Shown here one piece after another: positions 41,438 to 53,290 of a DNA stretch of 64,000 bases; the stretch's first letter is position 1; each line of letters starts with the position of its first letter. This stretch comes from Marsupella aquatica. Lineage: Eukaryota; Plantae; Marchantiophyta. The notes beneath the pieces were generated by a model, which saw only the letters and a list, made by a program, of their open reading frames with translations, did not search any database and had not been told where the DNA came from. Location: positions 10,731,660 to 10,795,659 of the forward strand of contig OZ316893.1 in NCBI GenBank assembly GCA_973895155.1, read 5' to 3'. Both the position numbers and the translations under genes were made by a program.

Positions 41438-42190
41438 ACTGCAGGTCAAAAACGCCCATGACTGAGTAAGTTTGAGCTGCTTTGCCGAACGTTTCCACCA
41501 ACTCAAGCCTATCCCCAGGAAAGTGATTATTTTGGTGCTAAACTTCAAACACTGAACAGAACAAGCTAGTTCACTCTCTATGCCCCTCCAAAAAGCACTT
41601 TATAAGGAGGATAGAATTCACCGACGCCATGCTTCCTCGCCACATGCCCTGTCCTAAAGTCTAATCTCCACTAAATAATCTGCAAGTCAGTAACTCCACG
41701 AGTGGTTCCACAGACAGCAAACTAGGCTGGCAACGAGAAAAAACCTAGCCTCGGCCCGAAAAAAAGTAAATGACGAAAAGACAAAAGGTGGAGACAGTAG
41801 ATCTTTCAAGACGACCTCAAAATTTTGTTTTTTAAAACGAAGATCACATATTTGAACTCACGCCATGGAAGCTACCAACGAAGCACAAGAACATGACTGA
41901 GAAAACCAGAAATTCACGACGACGACCGATCGATCCAATCATCAACAGACCAATCCACCCATCACGTACCAGCAAACCAATCAGATGAAGTCCCTTCAAC
42001 ACCAGCTTCTTTCGAGCGAATCCCTCGCTCCTCTCTTCAACTAATCGATCGGCACACGCCAATTCCCCTCTTGTAATCCCAACTCCCCGTGCTTCCAATT
42101 CAAGTGCTCTTCGTCAATCGATCAACCTCTCCCGCAACCAATCAATTCATAAGTCACTCAATCAACGCACTCAGTACACATCCGTTTTGC

Positions 42191-42194
<4 letters not shown>

Positions 42195-42231
<37 letters not shown>
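42195..42231. repeat. (TC)n microsatellite
   Basis: About 18 perfect TC units upstream of the DUF569 gene. Confidence 0.95.
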
Positions 42232-42234
<3 letters not shown>

Positions 42235-42835
42235 GTCAGTGCTCTGTCCGCAAAACATACGCGCTACCGAATCGGGCTCGATTTAGTTTAACATGTCCAG
42301 GAATGGCCTTTCCGGGATCGCCCTTCGTCGTCACTCTGCTTCTCCGTTTTCTGTCTCATTCGTTCCCTCAGCTGGGACTGGGACGATGCATCGTGCTCAT
42401 GAACCCAGAGGCGACTCGCTCTCGCTCTTTCTGCTGCCTCTGAGCAGTAGTAGTGCCGAAGGAGTGAGGCGAAAGACGAGTCTTCTCAAGGCACACGATT
42501 TTTCCGCCGCCACGGTCTTGTGTGGCAAACGACACACGGCATTCCTTGCTTCAACCGGAAAAAGATCAACTGACGACAGGCAGGCCAATGGACTGCGGCC
42601 ACTTCGTTACTTCGCTTGCCTGCCTGCCTGCCCTTACCCTTACCAGCACAGGGCAGCGCGGGGCAGGGCAGCGCGGGGCAGGGGAGGGCAGGCGTTGGAC
42701 GAGAGGGTCTTGTGCCAGTGGTCCATGTCCCGTGGGCCTGCGCCTGAAGGTGGAAGGACGGGTCTGTCCGGTACCTACCCTCCTGTTTGTTTTAATTAAT
42801 AAGAAAACGTTTTTAATTTTTGAGGACTGTGTGTT

Positions 42836-43468
42836 CACACCTACTCTCCTGGGTTTTTTTTTTAAAGAATAAGTTTAATCTTCGTAGTGAGAAGTGTACC
42901 AGGTCAGGAAAATGATGCTCCAAGAATTTTAATTTTAATTTGTATTTTTTTGTGAGAAGTGTACCAGATCAGGAAAATGATGCTCCAGGAATTATTGATT
43001 TCTATTTGTTAGTGAGAAGTGTACCAGATCAGGAAAATGATGATCCAATAATTGTTTTTGTATTTGTTAGTGAGAACTGAGAAGTGTACCAGAGCAGGAA
43101 AATGACGCTCCATTTAATTTCTAGCTGTTAGTGAGAAGTGTACCAGATCAGGAAAATGATGCTCCAAGAAGTTTTATTTTTATTTATTAGTGGGAAGTGT
43201 ACCGGATCATGAAAATGATGCTCATATGGACAGAGCTCGGAACCATGGAACCACCTTGGACCCTTCACACCTTTAAGACGTTCCTACCCTCCCTTTTTTT
43301 AAAGAATAAGTATGTAGACATTAGTGGGAGGTGTACAAGATCACGAAAATGATGCTCCAAGAATTTAGTTTAATTTAAGTGAAAAGTGTACCAGATCATG
43401 AAATGAAGCTCCAATGAACAGAGCCATGAACCATGCAACCATTGTGGACCTTGACACCTTTTAGACCT
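42836..43468. repeat. Array of 8 conserved ~35-bp cores with variable AT-rich linkers
   Basis: GTGAGAAGTGTACCAGATCAGGAAAATGATGCTCC-like cores at about 42887, 42952, 43012, 43078, 43131, 43190, 43324 and 43379. Confidence 0.9.
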
Positions 43469-43600
43469 CCGATGATTGCCACGTACCTTTCCTGCATCCA
43501 AAAAGCTTTCAAAGCATTAAAACCTTCAATACTTCCCTTGATATCCAAGTGAATGGGCACTTCTTAAACTAGTTAGAAGACTGCTGGAAATATGTTCTCA

Positions 43601-46091
43601 ACTACTGTCTTCCCCCGAACATAGCGCTAGAAGATGTTTTGACTCAAACACAACGCCATATTAACACAGTGCCCAGGCGCTCTGTTTGAAACTGACTTTT
43701 TGTTCAAAAATGTGCACAAGTGACTTTAAGAAAGGATAACCGGGTTGCAACTATAATACGTTACTTAAAATTGTCTGACACATCCACTCTTTCAACTTAC
43801 AAAATCCATCGTCCTTTGAGAAATAGTCGCGGAACTCGACTACCTTAACACTTAGCTCTGGCGTCGCTGACTCCGACGTCGAGCTCCCTTATGGTCCAGG
43901 CCCGGATAGGCCGTCCGGGGAGGACTTAGCATGGGGAGACTTGTGGGCAATGAGACGTGGCACTGGCGAGGCAAGGGGCCAAGCTGGGGACACACACTAA
44001 GGACTTGGACTAGCCTATGGCTGGTTGGATCAAGGGGAAATGGGCCGGGCTCAAGGATGGCCGTCCGGACCGTCGGATGGGCTTTGAGTTCTGAGGGCTT
44101 GGGAGTGAGCTCCTCTTGGGCCCAAGGCCAATGGAGTTGACGCCATTGGCAACGGATGCTTGGGGCGCAAGTTGTGGCCCAATCCGGGTTGGGCCGGTCG
44201 GGGGCCCCGAGCGGCGATCAGACCTGAGGGCCTAGGCATGAGCACTGGGTCGGCCCGGTCACAGCGGGCTAAGGCACTCCGCTTGCGGATGCCTATCAAG
44301 AAAGTTATGGGCGTTGCCAGTTGGTGGCGCGCCCATTATGCACGATGGGATCCGGGTTGGGGGCCAAACGTTTAGGGACCAAAGCTGGTCCGGGGGTGGC
44401 AGGTCCCCAGAAGTATATATGAGGGGAGTGGTGTCTCCCTGGGGGCTAAGGGCGAGCCGAAGGCGTGAGCCGCGGCGGTCGCGACACTAAAGGAAACCGC
44501 CAAACGGAAATGACGATATCTTCCCAACGGGAAGTCCGTTGGAGGACTTCTTAGGTGCGTTGGAAAGCTCTTGAGGAAGGCTACGCCCTCTTGAGCTCAG
44601 CTGGGTCTGGGGGTGCCATGGGTTCTCGTGGTTTGCGGGTGTTAGCTCACCCGTTTGCCAAATCCTGCCGAACAGCAGCCAACCCGCGTTCAGCCTCCCA
44701 AGGGAGCTTGCGTTGGGGAGGCAAGGCCAAGTAGGTATGGAGGCTGAGTCCCAAGGGCGCTCGGTCCCTAGACCATCAAGGGGCGAATCAGGAGTCGGTG
44801 TTAGAGTCGGGGCCGTTCTGGTCCCGGCGTGTTGAGACAAGCTTGGGACAAGCTTTAGGACAAGCTACGCTAATTGGGCCATGAGCATGTCCTGAGGTCA
44901 GGGCGGTCAGTTGGTGATGGATAGGTACGAGTGGGAACCCGGGCCGCGCCCAAGGAAGGAGTTGTCCTGGACGGACAGTGGGCGTGGGTTCTGCTTCCGG
45001 CTTATGGCATCGGGAGGACCTATCGCTGACCTATTTACCAACATCTGTTGAGTTTGAGTTAGGATGCTAGATTGGGCAAGTTCTAGATCCGGGGGGGTTA
45101 CTTACCGAGGTGCTTGGTTGTTTGTTTAGATAGTGAGGACCGTTGAGTAGCGGTCGTGTAGGTGAGCAAGTGCGGCTTCGTATGGGAGGGGTCGCAGGGG
45201 GTGCTAGAGGCACTTGGATGCTTGCTCGAGGTATTCCGTGGAGGCGTTCGGGCACCAAGGGCACTTAGACGCAAGTGCTGGGATTGGTGAGGGCGCTCAG
45301 TGGCGAGGTCCACCACTGAAATGTAAGCTAATTTCAAAATCCTTCATTCTCGGAGAAATGTGCGTTGTTTCCAAAATGTTAAGCATCAATCTGGAAGTAT
45401 CGATATATTCTTCTGCTGTGTGAACTTTTAGCAAACTTTCACATCAACCTCTGACTGACTCCACGACATCTCGTCAAAGAAACCCATAGTGCCTATGTGC
45501 ATAATTAGGTCTGACAACTCACTTTCTCTATTTCCAATTTTCCATTGCCCTAGAGATCGAGGCACTCCAATAGAAACAAAGCAGTCTCACAAACATTCCA
45601 GATTGCATGAAGAAAGATTAAATAATAAAAATGAGCAAATTGCCCACAATAAACCAAACAACAGTGAAAAGTGAACAAATATGTTTTCCTAAGTGATAAT
45701 AATTAGTACACTTGGTACCTATGGTTTGTCAGGTTTTGTTTTCTATTGCAAATTTGATTTCTCCCCTTGTGTAATGTCAGTGGTTCAATTATTTAGCTAC
45801 ACATCCTTTGACCTGAGCAAATATTGTTGGGAAGTCAAAAAACCTAAACTTGAACACACTCCTCTCTAATAGACATAACCTCTATGCCTATCATTCCTAC
45901 TTACACCCTACATGCAACTCACAATGCCAAAATTCAAGCACATTACCTTAATTTTGAACACAGCGCCACATTTCAAACACAGCGCCACAAGTCCAGAAAA
46001 TGAAACCATTGACTTCAAACTCGAAAACAGCACCCTGGGCGTTATATTCGAATAGAGCGCCCAGGCCTTGTGTTCGGGGGAAGACGGTAGT
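43601..46091. mobile_element. Non-autonomous TIR DNA transposon, superfamily unresolved
   Basis: 21-bp TIRs ACTACTGTCTTCCCCCGAACA and TGTTCGGGGGAAGACGGTAGT (1 mismatch). CTCA flanks both sides. AACACAGCGCC-like subterminal repeats near both ends. Confidence 0.8.
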
Positions 46092-46501
46092 CTCATACAG
46101 CCAGTTTTCAATTGGAATTCCAAGTTCAGGTTCCAGAAGTAGACAGCTTTTGTTCAAAAACCCAGCCCAGAAGCAAGCCTTACTTAAGTCCTTTGCACTC
46201 AAAAGACTTGATACCCAGAAACCAAGAAATCACTCTCTTATCACCTGAATGGAAATGGACATGGAGACAGAATCTAAAAGTGACATCCAAGTGGTTGTAA
46301 TAAATGAGTACCAAACTGAAGGAATTTTCATAAATATAGCTCGTTCATCCTCGAACATGCCTCTTCCTTTATCTTGTAATGATATGTAATTCATTTGATT
46401 TATTTTATGATAAAAGAAATAAGTACATGTAAACTATATGCAAAGAAAATAATTAATATCTGTTAATTAAGAGTGAGTGACATAGTATATATACAAAGAA
46501 A

Positions 46502-47129
46502 CAACTTTTTACTATCCTGTCCCCCAAACTAGCCAAATTTCATAACCTGTCGCCCAAACAAATTAAATTGCCAAGTTGCCCCCCACTCCGTAGATGGGTT
46601 AAGGCATACCCAGTACATGGTCCCTAGTGCCACATGGCATGTTGCCACTGGTCCAGGTGAACCATTGGTTCAGCCTTGCCCCTCTCCACCTTCCCCGTCG
46701 AGGCGCTCCCGTCGCCGACCCAAACACAGCCCTCCTGCAAATGACCCACTTTTGGCCCCTCGCCTGTACTTGTGAGAACGCTGCCCACGCTCCCGAGCCC
46801 TCGTTTTCTCTTGCAAAGATGATGCGAATGTTTACACATTCGCCCTTGTTACGTTTGACCAAAAACTCTTGTTTGCGAGTTGGCCTACATGGCCGCGAAT
46901 GACCCTGTTTGGGATGGCAACGGGAGCGCCTCGATGGGGAAGGGGGAGAGGGGCGGGGCCACACCAGTGGTTAGCCTGGACCAGTGTGACGTGCCATGTG
47001 GCACTGGGGACCATGTACTGGGTATGCCTTAACCCATCTATGGAATGGGGGGCAAATTAGCAATTTAATTTGTTTGGGGGGCAGGTTATGAAATTTGGCT
47101 AGTTTGGGGGATAGGATAGTAAATAGATG
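46502..47129. mobile_element. Mutator-like MITE / foldback element
   Basis: Imperfect TIRs of about 230 bp, flanking direct repeat TACAAAGAAA (46492-46501, 47130-47139), no coding capacity. Confidence 0.88.
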
Positions 47130-47754
47130 TACAAAGAAAAACACATTATGACCAAGAAAGTACAAAGGTACTAAAGAGTTGTGCACATACATTACAAATT
47201 TTCACTTGCTTCTAGATAATGACAATTAACTCAATCAAAATCTATTGTAAATTTTGATTGAACTGCCTTAGATCATTAGAGTATGTTATGTTCTTTTTTG
47301 GTAGTAATAAGGTCAACAACCGTGACATCCGTGACATTGGATAATGTTAGTGATAAATATAACCATTAAAACAACAAATGATGATATAATATAGTAGCAC
47401 CACAAACCAATATATTAAATTTGATAATTAGAGTAATTACTTTTGATCAAAATTTATAGCAACACCTGACGCTAATGAAAATATATCATTTAGGCTATGT
47501 TAATTTTTGTTCATATTCCCATAGTAGCATCCCACGCCAACCAAGAGTCCTGTTTGGCAAGGTCACATTTACATAGATATTTCTTTATTACTTGCAAAAT
47601 TGCATGACCTTCTAAAATATCCTTTGGTGTATTTACCAACAATAGCAAACACAAGAGATAAAATGATAATATTATTAGTGATATATGTGGTATAACAATA
47701 AACAATTAAAGCTGACAGACTCCAAAAATGTTTCTATAGAGGGTTTGGGCCAGA

Positions 47755-48593
47755 GTCACCTTACTAGATCCTGGCGCCAGTAATGTTCTTTTGCTTTTCT
47801 ACATCTTCTTGCATAAAACATTTTTTGTAAATTTCTCAAAATGGTGCTAGTAATGTCCAAGCAAGTGTGACATTACTAGCTACCAATGTTAGTAATATTG
47901 ATTTATTTTTATAGCCCAATTTGCTAAATTTTCTCAATAAAACACTCAACATGATGTTATTGCAAATGGTCCAAGGGAGTGTGATATTACTAGCTCTCGG
48001 AGCTAGTAATGTTCATTCATTTTTATAGCCTTTCTTGCTTAATTTTTTCTCATAAAGACACTCAAAATAGTATCATTTTGGATGATCAAAACTGATGTGA
48101 TATTACTAGCTCCCTACGCTAGGAATGTTCCTCCATTTTTATTATCTTTTTGCCTAATGTTTTTTCATGAAGACACTCAAAATAGTGTCATTTTGGAGAA
48201 TCCAAACTCATGTGATATTATTAGCTCCCAATGCTAGTAATGTTCCTTCATTTTTATTACCTTTTTGCCTATTTTTTTATATAACATGCTCAAAATACTC
48301 TAATTCTGGAGGGTCTAGGTGGGTATGACATTAGTAGCTCTTGGCACTGGTAATATTTCATCATTTTTGTTACTCTTTGCTTACTATTTGTTTTTGTAAA
48401 AATGCACTCATATAGTGTCATTTTGGAGTGTCTTGGTGACTTAAATATTACTAGCTCTCGGCGGTAGTAATATTTTTGAATTTTTTATACTAAGTTTAGC
48501 TCAATTTTTGTATACAAATTTTTAAAATAATATCATTCTTAGAGGGAATCAAGCCAAATAGAATATTACCAGCGCCCAATGCTAGTAATATTT
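47755..48593. repeat. ~116-bp tandem repeat, 8 units, each with a palindromic core
   Basis: ATTACTAGC-N7-GCTAGTAAT-like cores at about 47760, 47872, 47986, 48103, 48217, 48330, 48447 and 48565. Confidence 0.88.
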
Positions 48594-50423
48594 GTATCTT
48601 TTAATGTTTTTTTGCTTACTTTCTTTTATGGGTTTGTGTTTATTATTTGTTGTAATTGACTGTTTTGCCAAATTTTCTTTAAAAAAATGATGGATGTCGC
48701 TACACATGAAGGGTGTCATTTGATAATAGCACCTGCCACTTTTATCAATCAATATGTCAAATAAATATGATTTATGATAGCGCCTGACACTATTATATAT
48801 TATACACAAGATTTTAGGACTATTGAGATAGCAATCAGGGATTATATCATATTAATATGTTAAATTTATCTCAGTTTCTTTTGCATCTGAAGCTATTGTG
48901 AGATTTGTTCCTAAAGTTTAATCTTCATGACCTTTAAACACATTAAATTAGGCCAATTTGTATAGTATTTATTGTATTTCTTGTATTTCTTGTTCTATGC
49001 TAGATATTTTGGGGTCTGAAGAGAGAGTCAAACAGCCCAAAACTTTTAAGGCTTGGTTTTATAATTTTCTAAGAAATTATTCTAAGAAATTTTGTGAAGA
49101 TAACAACAACCTTCATTTATAGAATCAAGAAATTGAAAAATATAATGATGTTTGTGGTTAAAAAAAGACAATTTTAACAGTATCTCAAAATCTCTTGTGA
49201 AACAAAGATTCAAATTAGTAAGACTTGGTTATATAATTTCATCCCATTTGTGTATTTATCCATCACATGGGTTCAGAAATTTTTGTTACCATGTGAAATT
49301 ATATCCATACATTGATATTTATGTTCAAGAAGTTACACAAAAAGCAATGAGATTTTTCTAGATTGAAGGTTTGATCTAATTAGAAATTAGATATAAAAAA
49401 TCCTTAAACATAAGGGCTTTTTTGGCCAAGATTGTGCCCTTCAGCTAAGGATAGTTTCAATAGTCTTGATGATGATGTACACTTTAAGTCTTCTCCTTAT
49501 AATGTAAAGAGTATCAGATTTGGCCAAATGCAAGAACTAGGCACTTGGTTTAAAGGAGAAGTACATTGCATTTGTGTAAGCGCTCAACAAATATAGGAAT
49601 TTATTGTATGTTAATTGTAAATCTTGCCACTATGTGAAGACTATAATGGTATTTTGGCTAGCGTAAGGAGGGTCGGGGTGTTAATGACAACCCTTGCCAA
49701 AATGCTAAATATGCACTGAAAAAATACACATTACATGTCTTCCAATAAACCATGCACATTTTGTTTGCCTAATATGTGATGTAATGTGCTAGTAAGCTAT
49801 AACCATTGAAATTAATATAAACAAACAATATATATCTAGAACAAACAATCTTATGGCAGGAATGATCAATTTTGGGGCAGCATGCACAAATGTGCCCATT
49901 GCAAGGACGGTCAACATTGCCAAGGGATATCTTGCTTAGACATCGTATAAATGTTTCTGCCAGTTCTCTTAAACCAAGAAAACTGCACTCCAAGTTGGGA
50001 GAATTTCAGTTCTTATCAGCAGGCGAAGGAGGTGGGGGAGAAGGCAAAGCAGGTGGAGGTGGGAGAGAAGGCAGAGCCGATGGAGATGGGGGACAAGGCA
50101 GAGAAGAAGGTGATGGAGGAGGGAGAGATGGAGGAGCGAAAAGCACACTTTGATATGACCTTACATTAGTGCTTTTATCTTTAGTTTTTTTGATGCAGTC
50201 AGATTTGTCACAACTAGGTGCTCAAGCCACAACATTTGAAACATATTTGGGCAAGAATAAAATAGATCTATTAGAGTTGACTGCTAAGTTGATAGCATTC
50301 AAAACCACGTTTGTTACGTTTGAAACCAAATTTTCTCCAAGTGACATGGTCAAGAAGATGATGACTGGAATTAGTCTGCTAGGTGTGTTTGATTCAATTG
50401 GGGATATAGCATGTTCATCCTGG

Positions 50424-50635
50424 AATTTATTTGATTTATTTTATGATAAAAAAGCAGAATGATACATGTAAAATATATGCCAAAAAATTAATATCTTTTA
50501 ATTAAGAGTGAGTGACATAGTACACATGCAAAGAAAAGCACATTATGACCAAGAAAGTACAAAGATACTAAAGAGTTGTGCACATACAGATTTTCACTTG
50601 CTTCTAGGTAATGACCATCAACTCAATTAAAAAAT
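50424..50635 (+). repeat. Direct-repeat copy of 46388-47240 lacking the MITE
   Basis: Shares TTTGATTTATTTTATGATAAAA...TTAATTAAGAGTGAGTGACATAGTA and CACATTATGACCAAGAAAGTACAAAG...TTTTCACTTGCTTCTAG with the MITE flanks. Confidence 0.85.
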
Positions 50636-51565
50636 CAATTAAAACCACAAATTTTGTAAAGGAACCCATGAGGAGAACTTAGTACATGATGTGCATATTG
50701 TTCAAATTAGTTACTCTCACTCTCATAAAAAAGATAATTCACTAAGGAGTGATTGGAAACGAAAGATTAAACATTTATGAGGGGAGCCAAACATATTCAA
50801 AATACTCTAAGTTCACTAAAATTAAAAGGGGTCCAAAAGTTAATTCAAAATCAAATTGATACAAAATTTAATGATTCACCTAGTTTAAGCACATTAAAAT
50901 CAAAATACTGAACACAAAATCTAAAAGGTGGATTCACCATATAGGAGTTTCATAATTCACTGTCTAGTGTACAAATGTTCCCAAAACTTCACAAGAAAGA
51001 ACATGAAAAAATAGATTTAGGGTCCAAGTCATAAACATGATGATTTTTTTGTTGAAGTGTGTTGTACCTTGTATGCGACTAAATTAGTTGACATTCAGCT
51101 CAGACCAGGAGGATCTTTGACAAAACACGCCCTACAGGATAAATCATCTCCCTTGACTAAATCAATGTAACATCGTGTTGAAATAGGTTGTAGATTTCTT
51201 TGCATCATCGCTTACAATGTAATCATGGATACATCGTGTCTTGGATAGAATGCATTCGCCGTCTCAGGCGCCTCCCAAAACCTCTCAAGTATCAATCACA
51301 TACATCCGAGGAAAATTGTCCGTAAAGATCCTGAAACTCGAGTAAACAGAGTCTTAGTGTAGATCATTCGACCCATAACCTCGGCAATTACAAGCAGGAT
51401 TTATATGACATTACATGGCATTTGAGGATGTTATTGATGATAATGATTGTTACCTTCTTTCTGGTTGTCGTCCAGAGCTGCTACCTCAAGTTCTCTCCAC
51501 GAGCAAGGTCAAACCATATGGGAAATCCTTACCAATCCTAGACATTGCATTGATGAATGTAACCC

Positions 51566-51904
51566 GGCTGCTGCAATCTATTGTCTGCACTTGACAAATT
51601 AGGTCTCCTGGAAAATTGGCAATAATTTCTATCTACAGCTACTTACAATATGACTTTGTAGACCATGTTGTATTGCAGACAAATGACTCTCCTGGAAAAT
51701 TGACAATAATTTATATCTACAGCTACTTACAACATGACTTTGTAGACCATGTTGTATTGCAGACAAATGACTCGACGGCTGCTGCAATCCATTGTTTGCA
51801 CTTGACAAATTTGGCCTCGTGGAAATTTTGACAATAATTTCTATCTAGAGCAACGGTTACAATATGACTTGGTCGACCATGTTGTATTGAAGACAAATGA
51901 CTCG
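51566..51904. repeat. Nested tandem repeats (75-130 bp units)
   Basis: TTACAA(T/C)ATGACTT...GACCATGTTGTATTG(C/A)AGACAAATGACTC x3 and CGGCTGCTGCAATC...TGCACTTGACAAATT x2. Confidence 0.85.
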
Positions 51905-52061
51905 AAGTAAAATGAACTGATGTTAAGAAAGCTATTCATCATCTTGCATTCCAGACATATGAATTCAATACCTATCAGGAGGAAAATTTGCAATTGAGGA
52001 CTACAAGTCAGTTGGAGCTCGACGATGCATGATCGTCTGCAAATGCAATTGCAAAGGATCT

Positions 52062-52319
52062 CAATTACAAAGTATCGAAACATTTTCTCATCCTATGGAA
52101 AGAACTTCACTCCGTACAGGAATATTCATGAGTTGAACTCGTGCCAATCCATCAATAATATACTTAGGTGAAGCAAACGTATAATAATATCAATTACAAA
52201 GTATCGAAACATTTTCTCAACCTATGGAAAGAACTTCACTCCGTACGGGAATTCATGAGTTGAACTCGTGCCAATCCATCAATAATATACTTAGGTGAAG
52301 CAAATGTATAATAATATCA
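52062..52319. repeat. Near-perfect ~129-bp tandem duplication
   Basis: CAATTACAAAGTATCGAAACATTTTCTCA...GTATAATAATATCA occurs twice. Confidence 0.9.
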
Positions 52320-52454
52320 CGAGAATAGATACACCCTTAAGTGAACACGAACGGAAAATGATGGTTGAGAGAAAAACATCTACAGAAGCTTTGTTTTGAG
52401 AACAAAAGAGAATGAGGAAGTGCTAATGAGATGCCTTGCCTAGGATCTTCTAGG

Positions 52455-53290
52455 CTATATGTCAAAGCTAGCATCGCAACGGAGAAGATCAATCTCCAGA
52501 GGATTGAAGCAGTTCGGTCTATGCTTAAGCATAAGCTCCGGTCGTGTGCTCACGTATGCGCACAATCCCATGAACAGCTTGGTCAGTCCCTCCTTGGCGT
52601 GTGCCATGGCGCCCTCATTTTCGCCCTCGTAGTCGACCGTGGACTGCCACTTGCAGCTGGTATCGTCGATGGGGGAGAATTTTCTTGTGTTTACCCACTT
52701 TGTGAATCCTTGACCGAGGTGTCCTGCCGCAACCTCTTCGGTGACGAGGGTCATGGCGGCAGTATCCAAGGAGACGAGTTTCTCCTTCAAGTAGGCACCC
52801 TCTGGAGCAGCTGCATGAATGAATAGAACCGATGTCAAATGAGAGTCAGCTAAAATTGATCGATACATGACACGCAATTGAGAGAAATGTTTAATCAGAT
52901 CCAGACCACGATTTTCCAGTGGAACAATCGCAAATGTTCCTCCGAGAACGGATCCATGAGAAGTGTAATCCTCGTAGAAAATTAATTACATGACCTCCGA
53001 GGCTGTGGAATTGGTACAAGGGGAATTCGAACTCTCTCGGATGATCATGTAAGTCTGATCAAGTAAAGAAGAATCACAAAACCTTTGAGCTTCGTTCCTA
53101 TTCTCGATGAAATTGAGTACTGTAGATAGATACTCTCGTCTCATGTTGAGGTTGGAAATGAGCAGAGACATAGGCATAGACAAGACATAGGCATAGACAG
53201 AAGAAATGCGTTCAGCTGACAACTTACCAGAGCCAAGCTTAATGAGACGAATCGCGCCCACCGCATCAACGGGGCCATTTCTTAGGATTT
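52455..53290 (-). pseudogene. Bet v 1/MLP (SRPBCC)-like gene, 5'-incomplete
   Basis: Exon ending 53228 (GPVDAVGAIRLIKLGS) splices in frame to the exon starting 52810 (YLKEKLVSLDTAAMTL...GHLGQGF...CKWQSTVDYE...LCAYVSTRP). The upstream frame is closed by TAA with no ATG. Confidence 0.65.

Noticed and set aside
42887-43412. CRISPR array
   Set aside because: Eukaryotic context with no cas genes. Linkers are AT-rich and similar to one another rather than unique spacers.
42887-43412. C/D box snoRNA cluster (ATGATG resembles box C)
   Set aside because: Box C is imperfect in most units, and no box D (CTGA) with terminal stems occurs at suitable spacing.
43858-43869. TGGCGTCGCTG as an Athila/Tat-type PBS
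   Set aside because: Imperfect match, not directly preceded by an LTR CA end, and no paired LTR or PPT was found.
43931-45423. Short ORFs in the GC-rich module
   Set aside because: Low-complexity G/P/R/W-rich translations on both strands with no motifs.
52986-53227. C-terminal part of the 110-aa ORF as protein
   Set aside because: It reads through the GTAAG donor into the intron of the Bet v 1-like gene.
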